Virus record (IMG/VR): IMGVR_UViG_3300032242_002041
Coordinates: 124,001-188,000 of that record
Reading direction: 5' to 3' (one strand)
Length of the DNA stretch: 64,000 nt
Within the stretch, counting starts at the first letter, position 1; every line of letters starts with the position of its first letter. Under the pieces are notes generated by a model. That model was given only the letters and a program-made list of their open reading frames with translations, did no database searches and had not been told where the DNA came from. The position numbers and the translations under genes are program-made. Shown here one piece after another: positions 1 through 8,471 of the stretch.

Positions 1-364
1 TAGCAGCTTCGCCTTGCTTCATTTCGTTAAGCATCTTATTAAGTTCATCTAAACGAATCTTGGCATCTGGAGTTGGAGTTACAATGATATCACTAGTACG
101 CAACTTCTTGATCATGCGCTCTTGGTGCAGTGTTTCCAACACAGGACGACCGTCTGGCAAGTAACTACGATGTAATGCGTCAGCAAGTTCTTCGCTTTGC
201 TGTGCTACATCACTTTCCAGGGCCTTTTGAATTGAATCTTGCCAGTGTGCGTGTAAGGTGTCTGGATAGATGACCAAACACATGTGATCTTCACCGGGTA
301 CCTGACGGAACAGGATGCAAACCTTACGGTCTCCATGTTTTCCTACGTGTTTCATAAATGCCAT
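1..364 (-). CDS. Hypothetical phage protein, 3' end outside window
   Basis: Manual translation from ATG at 364: MAFMKHVGKHGDRKVCILFRQVPGEDHMCLVIYPD... open to position 1. Confidence 0.8.
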   Translation of the reverse strand, partial: MAFMKHVGKHGDRKVCILFRQVPGEDHMCLVIYPDTLHAHWQDSIQKALESDVAQQSEELADALHRSYLPDGRPVLETLHQERMIKKLRTSDIIVTPTPDAKIRLDELNKMLNEMKQGEAA

Positions 365-365
365 T

Positions 366-581
366 TTATTCTCCTTGAGTTTCGCCGGCTTCAGCGTTTG
401 CTGCTTCTTCGTTGGCTTTCGCCTGAGCTATTACTGCTTCTAAAAATGAGTTGAGCTTGTCAAAGACAGCGCCCACCTGACTAACTTCTGCACCACGGAA
501 TGCACCACGGGTGCAGGCCAGGTCAATAATGTTCTTGATAGTATCAAGATCTGCGACTGTAATTTGTGTAGTATTTTCCAT
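366..581 (-). CDS. Hypothetical protein (71 aa)
   Basis: ORF track; TAAATA motif 5 nt upstream of ATG (587-592). Confidence 0.75.
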   Translation of the reverse strand: MENTTQITVADLDTIKNIIDLACTRGAFRGAEVSQVGAVFDKLNSFLEAVIAQAKANEEAANAEAGETQGE

Positions 582-627
582 ATAGATATTTACGACTAAT
601 ATATGCCGTTAATTTATTTTTACAAAG

Positions 628-652
628 AAAAACACCCCATTTAGGGGTGTTT
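628..652 (-). terminator. Intrinsic terminator
   Basis: AAACACCCC-TAAAT-GGGGTGTTT hairpin followed by T-run on - strand. Confidence 0.7.
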
Positions 653-668
653 CGGTAAAACTGACCTG

Positions 669-836
669 CTACTTTTTGTTTAGATAGTAGTTGGCAAAGG
701 CCAGCACCGATGAAAACACAGCATCGGTATAATCACCTTTGCCCAGGCTGTCTAGTGCAGTCGCAATTAAAAAACCAATAATAAACCAAGCAATTTCTAC
801 GGTATTATTTAAATACCATTGTCTAAATTTATTCAT
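669..836 (-). CDS. Small membrane protein (55 aa)
   Basis: Manual translation MNKFRQWYLNNTVEIAWFIIGFLIATALDSLGKGDYTDAVFSSVLAFANYYLTKK; two hydrophobic segments; overlaps stop of upstream ORF. Confidence 0.65.
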   Translation of the reverse strand: MNKFRQWYLNNTVEIAWFIIGFLIATALDSLGKGDYTDAVFSSVLAFANYYLNKK

Positions 837-1020
837 CTTCTTCTCCATTTAATTCTAAATCTTGCCCAACCATATCTACCATACAACTGTAGCAGGTAGG
901 GCAAAATGCTACAGGTAATATTCCAAAGTGTCCTTGTATGCCGCCTTCATCGTCTGAAAAATCACAGGCACATACATTACACTTGTGGTCGGTACCCACA
1001 TGTTCAAATCCTATAATCAT
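829..1020 (-). CDS. Small Cys-rich (zinc-finger-like) protein
   Basis: CNVC and CPTC pairs. Confidence 0.65.
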   Translation of the reverse strand: MIIGFEHVGTDHKCNVCACDFSDDEGGIQGHFGILPVAFCPTCYSCMVDMVGQDLELNGEEDE

Positions 1021-1021
1021 G

Positions 1022-1141
1022 CTATATCTTTAAGCACTCGGCACGATAAATCACAGTATATTCTGGTATAGTGCGCCAACTAAGGAAACCAAGCCATACA
1101 ACCATGCATATTGTAAAACCATACCAAAATTGTTTGGTCAT
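1022..1141 (-). CDS. Small membrane protein (39 aa)
   Basis: Manual translation MTKQFWYGFTICMVVWLGFLSWRTIPEYTVIYRAECLKI; tight operon packing. Confidence 0.55.
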   Translation of the reverse strand: MTKQFWYGFTICMVVWLGFLSWRTIPEYTVIYRAECLKI

Positions 1142-1359
1142 TCTCCAACTCCAAAATATTCATGTAATTTAGTTCGTAATCCACCCTGGCCAAACTGTTG
1201 GTTGTAACCATTATATTCTGCTTGTTTAGCACACTCTTCTATAATTGACTCAGCAAACTTTTCTAGTGTGGTAGTGCTAACAGAATGAGTCCTGATATCC
1301 TTGTTATCTTCAAACCAAATACCAGATTGTTTGGCAAGTTCTTTAATGCGAGTGTTCAT
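1138..1359 (-). CDS. Hypothetical protein (MNTRIKELAKQSG...)
   Basis: ORF track; coupled start/stop overlaps. Confidence 0.7.
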   Translation of the reverse strand: MNTRIKELAKQSGIWFEDNKDIRTHSVSTTTLEKFAESIIEECAKQAEYNGYNQQFGQGGLRTKLHEYFGVGE

Positions 1360-1526
1360 TAGTAATTTTCTTTTACAATATAGAAAGCAGGTTTCTTGTA
1401 TTCTTCTAAGATATTATTTTCTTTGATAAAACGATTCATATCGGGTGCTGTAAAAAACATCTTGTGAATAACCGGCTTGTGGGTTGCAGTATCTACTACA
1501 CTTAGGTACCAGGATTTAACTGCCAT
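1359..1526 (-). CDS. Hypothetical protein (55 aa, MAVKSWYLSV...)
   Basis: Internal ATG of the 1359..1751 ORF, 1 nt after the vWA gene stop. Confidence 0.65.
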   Translation of the reverse strand: MAVKSWYLSVVDTATHKPVIHKMFFTAPDMNRFIKENNILEEYKKPAFYIVKENY

Positions 1527-1527
1527 A

Positions 1528-2823
1528 TTAATGTTTACTTTCTTCTTCGTAGTAGGCATACTGTCCGAATGGTGGAACAATGGTCTTGGTACCGTGCATA
1601 ATAAACACAGTATCACAGTACTGTTCATCACCCCATGAACCGTTGGGATAACCGTCTGTGAACATGATGTGACGCTTGGGTTCGATTTCGTTGGCTTTAA
1701 AGTATTCAAATACACAATTAAAGTCTGTACCACCACCACCCGCAATTTCATAGCCTGTAATATCGTCTAAGTTTTCACTATCAAACTGCTGTGGATTGTA
1801 CACTTGTGTATCAAACGATAAGACATGAATACGATAGTTAGGGAACTGTTCCATGATACCTGCTACTTCTGCTAGGAAGTCTTTGAGCATGCTGTCTAGC
1901 ATCGAACCCGACGCATCGATACTGATAGCAATATCAATCATGGGATCCAACTTCATACCGGGCATGACCGCATCCATGTGCCACCCTCTACGACTGTTAC
2001 GCATCCAAGTGTAGTCACTCTTAATAGTACTCTCTAATTGCATACGCAACAGTTCGCGCCAGTTCATCTTGGGTGCAGTCATATCTTCGATGATACGTTT
2101 GACACCTGCGGGCAAGTTACCTGCACCATCCGACGCCGCCGCAGCCGCTAGTACAGCTTCTTTGATTTCGTCCTTGATCTTTTGACGTTCTTCTGCAGAT
2201 AACTTAGGCCGACCAGAACCACCTTTTTTACCCTGCTCGCCCTCTTCGTCGCCAGCACCATCGTTGCCTTCGCCATCTAAGTGTTCATCTAGCATCTTGT
2301 CAATTAAGTCACTGATGTCAATTTTTTCAGCATTCTCGTACAAAATGTCATAGATCTCTTCCGAGCTCATGTCCTGATATTTTGCATCATATAGGCAAGG
2401 CACGGTAGTGATAAACTCACCCACGCGATGTTTCTTCAAGTCGGCATTGACACAATAATCATTGGCAATATTAAACAGCTGAGGGTCACGATCACCGCGA
2501 CGACCAAAGTGGTCATACACACAATGTAGGACCTCATGACCAAACAGGAACTCAATCTCTTTGGGCTTGAGCATTTCTACAAAACGGCTATTGTAGTAAA
2601 AATTACGCCCGTCGGTTGCGGCAGTAGGACACCATTCGTCAGCATTGACCAACTTCAAACGTGTGGCCAAGTTACCAAAAAAGCTGGCACGAAGTAGTAG
2701 ACCCACACGAGCAGTAATCAGTTTTTCGCGGATTTCACGATCTAGTTTAGGGTCAGTAGGACCCAACAAGTTCTTGTACTTGCTGGATTCTTTTTTATTT
2801 GCTGTAGTAGTGGCTGTGCTCAT
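1528..2823 (-). CDS. vWA-domain / putative metallopeptidase (DUF2201-like), partner of MoxR ATPase
   Basis: HEVLH (HExxH) in N-domain; MIDAS-like IDASGS, GGGTDF and MFTDG in C-domain; acidic Gly-rich linker. Confidence 0.85.
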   Translation of the reverse strand: MSTATTTANKKESSKYKNLLGPTDPKLDREIREKLITARVGLLLRASFFGNLATRLKLVNADEWCPTAATDGRNFYYNSRFVEMLKPKEIEFLFGHEVLHCVYDHFGRRGDRDPQLFNIANDYCVNADLKKHRVGEFITTVPCLYDAKYQDMSSEEIYDILYENAEKIDISDLIDKMLDEHLDGEGNDGAGDEEGEQGKKGGSGRPKLSAEERQKIKDEIKEAVLAAAAASDGAGNLPAGVKRIIEDMTAPKMNWRELLRMQLESTIKSDYTWMRNSRRGWHMDAVMPGMKLDPMIDIAISIDASGSMLDSMLKDFLAEVAGIMEQFPNYRIHVLSFDTQVYNPQQFDSENLDDITGYEIAGGGGTDFNCVFEYFKANEIEPKRHIMFTDGYPNGSWGDEQYCDTVFIMHGTKTIVPPFGQYAYYEEESKH

Positions 2824-2851
2824 ACTGGTCCTTATTATTAACTATACTACT

Positions 2852-2880
2852 ATTATACTACGAATGGAATTTCTGGTCAA
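2852..2880 (-). promoter_or_regulatory. Sigma70-type early promoter
   Basis: TTGACC-17 nt-TATAAT on - strand. Confidence 0.85.
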
Positions 2881-4589
2881 CCTACGTATTGATCGTAGTG
2901 TATTCCTTGCCCTACAAGCCCTACAGTTTGTGCCACATTTTCTGGGCTTTCGCTGAACCCAATCAATACATCAGCACGGCTAACACCATGATTAACACTA
3001 TTAACCCAGAAATCAAACCCATCTTTTTCCGGAGCACGGTGCAACACATTGTGATAAAGTGCCGTGACAAAAGTTGATGTTGACCCATCTCCGTAAAAAT
3101 TATTATGGAATTCTATGCTCTCTATAAATCCTCCGGCAACATTGTGCAGTGACACGCCATGATCCAAGGCATTGATCCAGTAGCCTAGCCCAGCGGTATC
3201 TGGCGCACGGCCCAATGCAGCAGTATATAGTCGATAAACTTCGCCAGTTGGTTGTCCTGCACTAGAATCAAATGCAACCACGGTGTCAGAAAATTCAAGA
3301 CGTTGAATATTAGTTAATGTATCGGATCCATTAAAGGTAGATGATACTGTTATACCATCGGTATTCTTAGTGATAGTAGCAGTTGATGATGGGCCATAAA
3401 ACACCGCAGTATTAATCACACCATTCTTACCAACAAAGACATCATTGTGTGGAGTACTAAAATAATAATTGGGCAAAGGATCTTGTGTAAATGCCTGGCG
3501 TAGTGCAGATTCGGCTGAAGTGTTCCCCCATAGGTTCCATCCAAGAATAGATGATTGATGCCAATATTCAGCAAAAGTGTTATTTGGTTTTTGTATCCAT
3601 GATGTTTGTTCCCACGGCATATACCCGTCTATGCCAACACCAGTATTTCCATCACCTAATAGGTGTTGAGCAACATATACATAAGCCCGAAGTGCCAAGG
3701 CCTGTTCACAATAATTGGGTGCTGGTAAACTTGTTAAACCCGATAAGTTTCCCGAATATAGTAAATCTGGAATTACTATGTTATTACCAATTCCGGGATT
3801 GGCAGTTTGTACATGAAAACCGTCAAGTATTAATGAATTACCATATTTTTGAATTAAATTTTGAATAGTCTCAATTACGTTACCATCATCTAAGGTGTGG
3901 TAATAGCCTTCTACAATCTGGGACAAGTTATACATTGGTACTGTAGAGATTAACGGATCAATAAAGTAATTTGCTGAATTTGTCAAAGACCAAACGGCAT
4001 TGTCCCACATAGCTTGATAGGCTATTTGCCCTGTGTAAACTGAATGAACAGAATCAATTAAATTTTGCCAAAGACCCAGGTAAGAAGTTGTATCCAATCC
4101 ATACATGTTTGATCCAACATAAATTCCTTCTATATTATGTTGTTGGGCTATTTTTGCAATGGCCAGGTCATATGGAATGATAGTATTATTAAATATTTTA
4201 TCAAATGTTACGCCGGCTCCAAGTGAAACGGTTGAAGTCAGATTTGGATCAGCACCATTTCTTGATCCATCCGCATTAAAAGCACCGCAAGGCAATATTT
4301 GAATTTTTACAGATAGTCCAATTGAATGAGCATAATCTACGACCTTCCAGGTGTCAGCAATCATTGACAAGTCTGAGCCACCGGGCTTGCCAAAATTAAC
4401 ACGGCCCGTGCTCAAATCAATTGGGATTTCAAGTGCAAGTGTAATTGTGTTAAACCCAACACTTTTTATGTGATTTAATTGTGGAGCCATTTCTGCAATT
4501 GAATTTATTGCATAACCATTAAGATCATATTCTCCTGGGCTACTAAATCGATAATCAATTAGGACATTTTTTTCTGGCATAATATTCAT
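2877..4589 (-). CDS. Glycoside-hydrolase-like TIM barrel (GH113/GTA-like) fused to C-terminal DUF4214 domain
   Basis: VGFNTITL, IEGIYVGSNM and YTGQIAYQAMWD resemble GH113/GTA barrel; DTLTNIQRLEFSD; RLYTAALGRAPDTAGLGYW and LYHNVLHRAPEKDGFDFW are DUF4214-like. Confidence 0.65.
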   Translation of the reverse strand: MNIMPEKNVLIDYRFSSPGEYDLNGYAINSIAEMAPQLNHIKSVGFNTITLALEIPIDLSTGRVNFGKPGGSDLSMIADTWKVVDYAHSIGLSVKIQILPCGAFNADGSRNGADPNLTSTVSLGAGVTFDKIFNNTIIPYDLAIAKIAQQHNIEGIYVGSNMYGLDTTSYLGLWQNLIDSVHSVYTGQIAYQAMWDNAVWSLTNSANYFIDPLISTVPMYNLSQIVEGYYHTLDDGNVIETIQNLIQKYGNSLILDGFHVQTANPGIGNNIVIPDLLYSGNLSGLTSLPAPNYCEQALALRAYVYVAQHLLGDGNTGVGIDGYMPWEQTSWIQKPNNTFAEYWHQSSILGWNLWGNTSAESALRQAFTQDPLPNYYFSTPHNDVFVGKNGVINTAVFYGPSSTATITKNTDGITVSSTFNGSDTLTNIQRLEFSDTVVAFDSSAGQPTGEVYRLYTAALGRAPDTAGLGYWINALDHGVSLHNVAGGFIESIEFHNNFYGDGSTSTFVTALYHNVLHRAPEKDGFDFWVNSVNHGVSRADVLIGFSESPENVAQTVGLVGQGIHYDQYVG

Positions 4590-4609
4590 TTAACTTTTAT
4601 AATATTAAT

Positions 4610-4638
4610 ATTATAAACAAAATGGAATTTCTGGTCAA
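4610..4638 (-). promoter_or_regulatory. Sigma70-type early promoter
   Basis: TTGACC-17 nt-TATAAT; shares 20 identical nt with the promoter at 2863-2882. Confidence 0.85.
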
Positions 4639-4641
4639 CCG

Positions 4642-4944
4642 TTAATTATTTAGGTATTTTAACACGAACCAAGACATCTGGGCTTCGTTGTAGAAGTCTA
4701 AATGTACTTGGTTTTCATAATGGTAACGATTATGGAATCCTTCGCCTTTCATTACTGCCCAAGTATCTTTGTCCATCTCTGACAGACCTTTGTGATGTCG
4801 GATGGTAAACCCTAGCTCGCGTTTCATACGCCAACTTACCAACATGGTAGCACGACCGTATTCGTTCAGCAAGCGATGATGCAGTTCTTCAAACTCACGC
4901 ACACTATGGAATACGATCAAGTTCTTTTTAACGGTTGTCTTCAA
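4642..4944 (-). CDS. Small paralog-family protein (C-terminal F..L[KR][WFY] motif)
   Basis: Ends LDFYNEAQMSWFVLKYLNN. Confidence 0.75.
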   Translation of the reverse strand: MKTTVKKNLIVFHSVREFEELHHRLLNEYGRATMLVSWRMKRELGFTIRHHKGLSEMDKDTWAVMKGEGFHNRYHYENQVHLDFYNEAQMSWFVLKYLNN

Positions 4945-5149
4945 CAGGTAGTCCTTTTACTGTATCTATGGCCTTGCGAGCATATTGTTTAATATTATCT
5001 TCCCTACTCATACGTTCAATATCTTCTAAGGCAGTCATCATAATTTCTGCTTCCTCGGCTTGTTTATAAACCTTGTTACGCAGATTGCCAGCATCTAACC
5101 ACGACATAACTGTGGTTAGTACTTTGGCAATGATCATGCTCCATATCAT
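4928..5149 (-). CDS. Hypothetical protein
   Basis: ORF track; coupled overlaps. Confidence 0.7.
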   Translation of the reverse strand: MIWSMIIAKVLTTVMSWLDAGNLRNKVYKQAEEAEIMMTALEDIERMSREDNIKQYARKAIDTVKGLPVEDNR

Positions 5150-5379
5150 AAGAATCTTAACCTAAACATTAAGGCATCACGGTCATTGTTAAACCAATAA
5201 CAATCCTCGTGCGGCCCTTGAGTAATTACTGCGGCCGCAACATCTGGAAAATCTTTCCACCAAGCTATATTCCATTCACCTATGTTGGCCAAACACCAAG
5301 GCTCACACTCACTATAGTGAGTATAAGTCTTTACAGGAATGGTCAAGTGTGGGTTACGATCTATGGCCATTATGCCCAC
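5146..5379 (-). CDS. Small paralog-family protein
   Basis: Ends YWFNNDRDALMFRLRFL. Confidence 0.75.
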   Translation of the reverse strand: MGIMAIDRNPHLTIPVKTYTHYSECEPWCLANIGEWNIAWWKDFPDVAAAVITQGPHEDCYWFNNDRDALMFRLRFL

Positions 5380-5591
5380 CTTAACAGGAATGATACATAA
5401 TCTTGATTGTCATAAAATACAAACTTTGCTCTATTGTTATACACTTCATATCGCATACAAGTTGCATAGTCTATGAACTCTCGTCGACACCATGCTAAAA
5501 TTTCATCTAAGTCAAGAAACTCCAATGGAATATCGTGTTCCCATTTACCTGATGGGTAATTGCTGTTCCAATGACCAGGCTTTAAACTCAT
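5370..5591 (-). CDS. Small paralog-family protein
   Basis: Ends FVFYDNQDYVSFLLRWA. Confidence 0.75.
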   Translation of the reverse strand: MSLKPGHWNSNYPSGKWEHDIPLEFLDLDEILAWCRREFIDYATCMRYEVYNNRAKFVFYDNQDYVSFLLRWA

Positions 5592-5836
5592 TTGAACTTT
5601 AACCTAAACAGTGTAGCATCTGCAGGATCAATAAAGTAGAAAGCCGCGGCTTCATCAAAGAAAACATTAACATCTGAATTTTCGACTAACTCTGACCATA
5701 CTAAACTCAGCTTGTTTTCTCGACAAAATTTCTTCATTGCCCACATACGAAACGCCGGATCGTCAATATAAACCGCATGGCATTGATCTAGTACTGATTC
5801 TGCGGGCCTAGGAAGTTCGTAATTGTTTACATGCAT
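5588..5836 (-). CDS. Small paralog-family protein
   Basis: Ends FYFIDPADATLFRLKFK. Confidence 0.75.
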   Translation of the reverse strand: MHVNNYELPRPAESVLDQCHAVYIDDPAFRMWAMKKFCRENKLSLVWSELVENSDVNVFFDEAAAFYFIDPADATLFRLKFK

Positions 5837-6117
5837 CAGCGACCAAACTTTAATAAAAAGATTGTGTACTTTTTTTCGTCAATGATAGCATAATCAATAT
5901 TGACACCACCTGTGTAGCTGTCTATTGTGAGTTTGATGCCATAGTATTCACGCACATAATCGTCAAAGGTAAGGAATCCTTGGCCAACAGGTACTGCCTC
6001 CGCCAGCAGATCCCATTCCTGTTTAGCTTCGTGTAAACGGGCAAAATTACGAGTATCACCACCAATAATAGTATCCAAGCGGGCCGCTGTATTGGCGTAA
6101 TATTCGTCCTTACTCAC
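5836..6117 (-). CDS. Small paralog-family protein
   Basis: Ends YAIIDEKKYTIFLLKFGR. Confidence 0.75.
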   Translation of the reverse strand: MSKDEYYANTAARLDTIIGGDTRNFARLHEAKQEWDLLAEAVPVGQGFLTFDDYVREYYGIKLTIDSYTGGVNIDYAIIDEKKYTIFLLKFGR

Positions 6118-6394
6118 CTGTCCACCATTTGATTGTTTTTGCTCTAAGTTTGACCATAGTAAACTCGTGCCTATCTACTCTGTGTCGTCGAGCATCCCAC
6201 TGTGGTTTAATCAAGTAAACACCATTGGCATTTTCCAACCATACCTTGGTGCTACGAGCTACAAAGTCATCGTGTGTTTTAAAACACATCTTGCCGTTGT
6301 CCGCAGGGCTACAGTTGTACATGCACCAATAGCGCCACTTATCGCCAAAGACAGTACCGTCATACTTGGGATCTATTTCGTAATAGTAGTTCAT
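6110..6394 (-). CDS. Hypothetical protein
   Basis: ORF track; operon packing. Confidence 0.7.
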   Translation of the reverse strand: MNYYYEIDPKYDGTVFGDKWRYWCMYNCSPADNGKMCFKTHDDFVARSTKVWLENANGVYLIKPQWDARRHRVDRHEFTMVKLRAKTIKWWTGE

Positions 6395-6403
6395 AGTATT
6401 TGT

Positions 6404-7258
6404 CTAAGTTAAATCAACGTATGCTCCAAAATCAGCAAGATGGCCTACACTGTACTGATAGTGGTTGTACACTAGATAGTATCTGGGAGGATTGTATAAA
6501 AGTTCTGGAGTTGGGTTGTCTACAAAACAATCGCCCAATAAATCATTCCTTACAAAAAAAGCATTAGAGCCAACCACATTGGTAGCAACAAGTGAATATC
6601 CTTTTAACTTGGCAACCTCCGTTAGTGCAGTAAGACTTGAGCCCATATAATCAGATACATTACTCCAAACATAGTTGCTGTCAAAAACAGGCTTTTTAGA
6701 TACCGGCGGCGGAAATTTAGCATTGTATTCAATGCAAACAACCTTGGGTTGAAAATCAAGTGTCTCTAACAAATAGATATCCATACCATCAATATCAATG
6801 GATATAAAATCAATATCAGCAGGTTGACTGTCAATGCATTCGCATACCTGTTGTATAACTTGGTTTATGTTATTGGGTGTAGCGTATCCAATCAATACAG
6901 CAAGCTGTTCTTTTTCAATAAGTGATGCAAATTTAGACTGTATTGGTGCCTGTTGACTTGAGTTGCCTTCTACCCAGACACCCTTCCATCCTTGGTGTAG
7001 TAGGAAAAACGTATTGCACTCCAATCCATTTTCAACGCCAATCTCACAAAAGACTCCTTGTTTGATATCCAGACGTTTAAATATTTCGTTGAGTATGCCG
7101 TCCTCGTCGCTTTGAGAGTACACTTTAAATCCGTACGGTTCAAGTCGTTTAGGGTCGGACTTGCAGAAATCTTTTACCTTTTCAATTTCCTGGCGAGCCA
7201 AATAACCAGAATTTTCTTGAATTGTGGCTCGAAGCTCAAGATATTCGATTCTATTCAT
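6404..7258 (-). CDS. FkbM/Methyltransf_21-like SAM-dependent methyltransferase
   Basis: FCEIGVENG SAM-binding motif; FISIDIDGMD; VCIEYN. Confidence 0.75.
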   Translation of the reverse strand: MNRIEYLELRATIQENSGYLARQEIEKVKDFCKSDPKRLEPYGFKVYSQSDEDGILNEIFKRLDIKQGVFCEIGVENGLECNTFFLLHQGWKGVWVEGNSSQQAPIQSKFASLIEKEQLAVLIGYATPNNINQVIQQVCECIDSQPADIDFISIDIDGMDIYLLETLDFQPKVVCIEYNAKFPPPVSKKPVFDSNYVWSNVSDYMGSSLTALTEVAKLKGYSLVATNVVGSNAFFVRNDLLGDCFVDNPTPELLYNPPRYYLVYNHYQYSVGHLADFGAYVDLT

Positions 7259-7479
7259 TATGTTTTGTTACTCCATTTTAATTGAAAATACGTTTCCCAT
7301 TGTTCGTCTTTAAAATCAAACTCTACTGTAGCCGGCGATATAGGAGAACTCAACCAGTCATTTACTGCTGGAGTATAACGCCAGGTATAGTCTTGATCCG
7401 CCTGCAGACCATGTGCGTCAACCTGTTCCTTATACAGCCAAACAATGTTATAGTTATTTACAAGAATCTTAAGTGACAT
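7258..7479 (-). CDS. Small paralog-family protein
   Basis: Internal ATG (MSLKILVNN); ends FDFKDEQWETYFQLKWSNKT. Confidence 0.7.
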   Translation of the reverse strand: MSLKILVNNYNIVWLYKEQVDAHGLQADQDYTWRYTPAVNDWLSSPISPATVEFDFKDEQWETYFQLKWSNKT

Positions 7480-7663
7480 CTTGTCCTTGTGCAAATCTGT
7501 AAAAGCGATCGTTAGTTTTGATTCTTTTTTGTTCCTCTTCGGTATACATCCACAGATACTCCAGCACATCACTGCCACATCTTGGGCAAAGATGATAATC
7601 CTGGCGCTCATTTTCGCGAGCAAATAACTCACATTCAACGCAGATTAACGGACCTAACCCCAT
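7469..7663 (-). CDS. Small zinc-ribbon protein
   Basis: CVEC...CPRC. Confidence 0.65.
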   Translation of the reverse strand: MGLGPLICVECELFARENERQDYHLCPRCGSDVLEYLWMYTEEEQKRIKTNDRFYRFAQGQDVT

Positions 7664-7872
7664 CGTAGCATAAACCAAGTGTAATCTTCATCACGATCAA
7701 AAATATAATAATAATCGCCAGGCGGACTCTTGCTGTCAACCCTACATCGAAACGCTTCACGCCAGCGTTGCCCGTATTGTCTGGGTAGTTCTAAATGTTC
7801 AACAGGCAAGGTGCGCTTGGCATTCCAATATGCACGATTAAAGGCATCATCTAACACACTGACTCTAATCAA
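7654..7872 (-). CDS. Small paralog-family protein
   Basis: Ends YIFDRDEDYTWFMLRWG. Confidence 0.75.
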   Translation of the reverse strand: MIRVSVLDDAFNRAYWNAKRTLPVEHLELPRQYGQRWREAFRCRVDSKSPPGDYYYIFDRDEDYTWFMLRWG

Positions 7873-8195
7873 CTTGGATCACCATAACGAATCTTAAACC
7901 ACGATAATTCCTCATCGCCCTGCAAGTAAACAATGCTACCACCAAGCCTGATATTAAAACTCCAGTGTGGATTATTCATAGTATCACGGTCAATATGTTC
8001 TGACATGCCGTAGGTCTGTGTTAACCATTTTCTTACGCTATCAAACTCTAGCATTCTTGCGACCCTAATAAAATACTTAAAATGGTCGTTTGCGACGGTT
8101 GCGTTTACAGTATAGTTCATTGTTGCAGCCATTTCTGCCATAACTTGATCGTGGGCTTCTTTCCAGTAGTCATATTGAGTTTTCACGATTGCCAT
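7869..8195 (-). CDS. Small paralog-family protein
   Basis: Ends YLQGDEELSWFKIRYGDPS. Confidence 0.75.
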   Translation of the reverse strand: MAIVKTQYDYWKEAHDQVMAEMAATMNYTVNATVANDHFKYFIRVARMLEFDSVRKWLTQTYGMSEHIDRDTMNNPHWSFNIRLGGSIVYLQGDEELSWFKIRYGDPS

Positions 8196-8401
8196 TTTAA
8201 ATTAAACATTGTGGCATGAGCATCTTCTTTGATTCTAATTTGGTAGCGTTGATACTGCCACTCGGGCAAGCATCTATCCATCCACAATCCTTTTTGTTCT
8301 GGCGTATGTTTGGGCCCTATATTTTCCAAACACCATGCTTGAATATTTTCAATATATGCTTTGTTAGTACTAATAAAGGTAAATTGTTTACAAGTTTCCA
8401 T
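8183..8401 (-). CDS. Small paralog-family protein
   Basis: Ends IRIKEDAHATMFNLKWQS. Confidence 0.75.
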   Translation of the reverse strand: METCKQFTFISTNKAYIENIQAWCLENIGPKHTPEQKGLWMDRCLPEWQYQRYQIRIKEDAHATMFNLKWQS

Positions 8402-8414
8402 AATATAAAAGGTT

Positions 8415-8463
8415 GGAGGGCGGTGCGAACACAGCCCTGTGTAATACCGCTACACCACCCTCC
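8415..8463 (-). other. GC-rich structured RNA element (tRNA-like lacking anticodon arm, or terminator)
   Basis: GGAGGGTGGTG/CACCGCCCTCC 11-bp closing stem with internal hairpins. Confidence 0.45.
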
Positions 8464-8471
8464 TTGGACTA

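Noticed and set aside
1359-1751. 130-aa ORF as annotated in the track
   Set aside because: The 5' part overlaps the vWA gene in another frame; the plausible gene starts at 1526.
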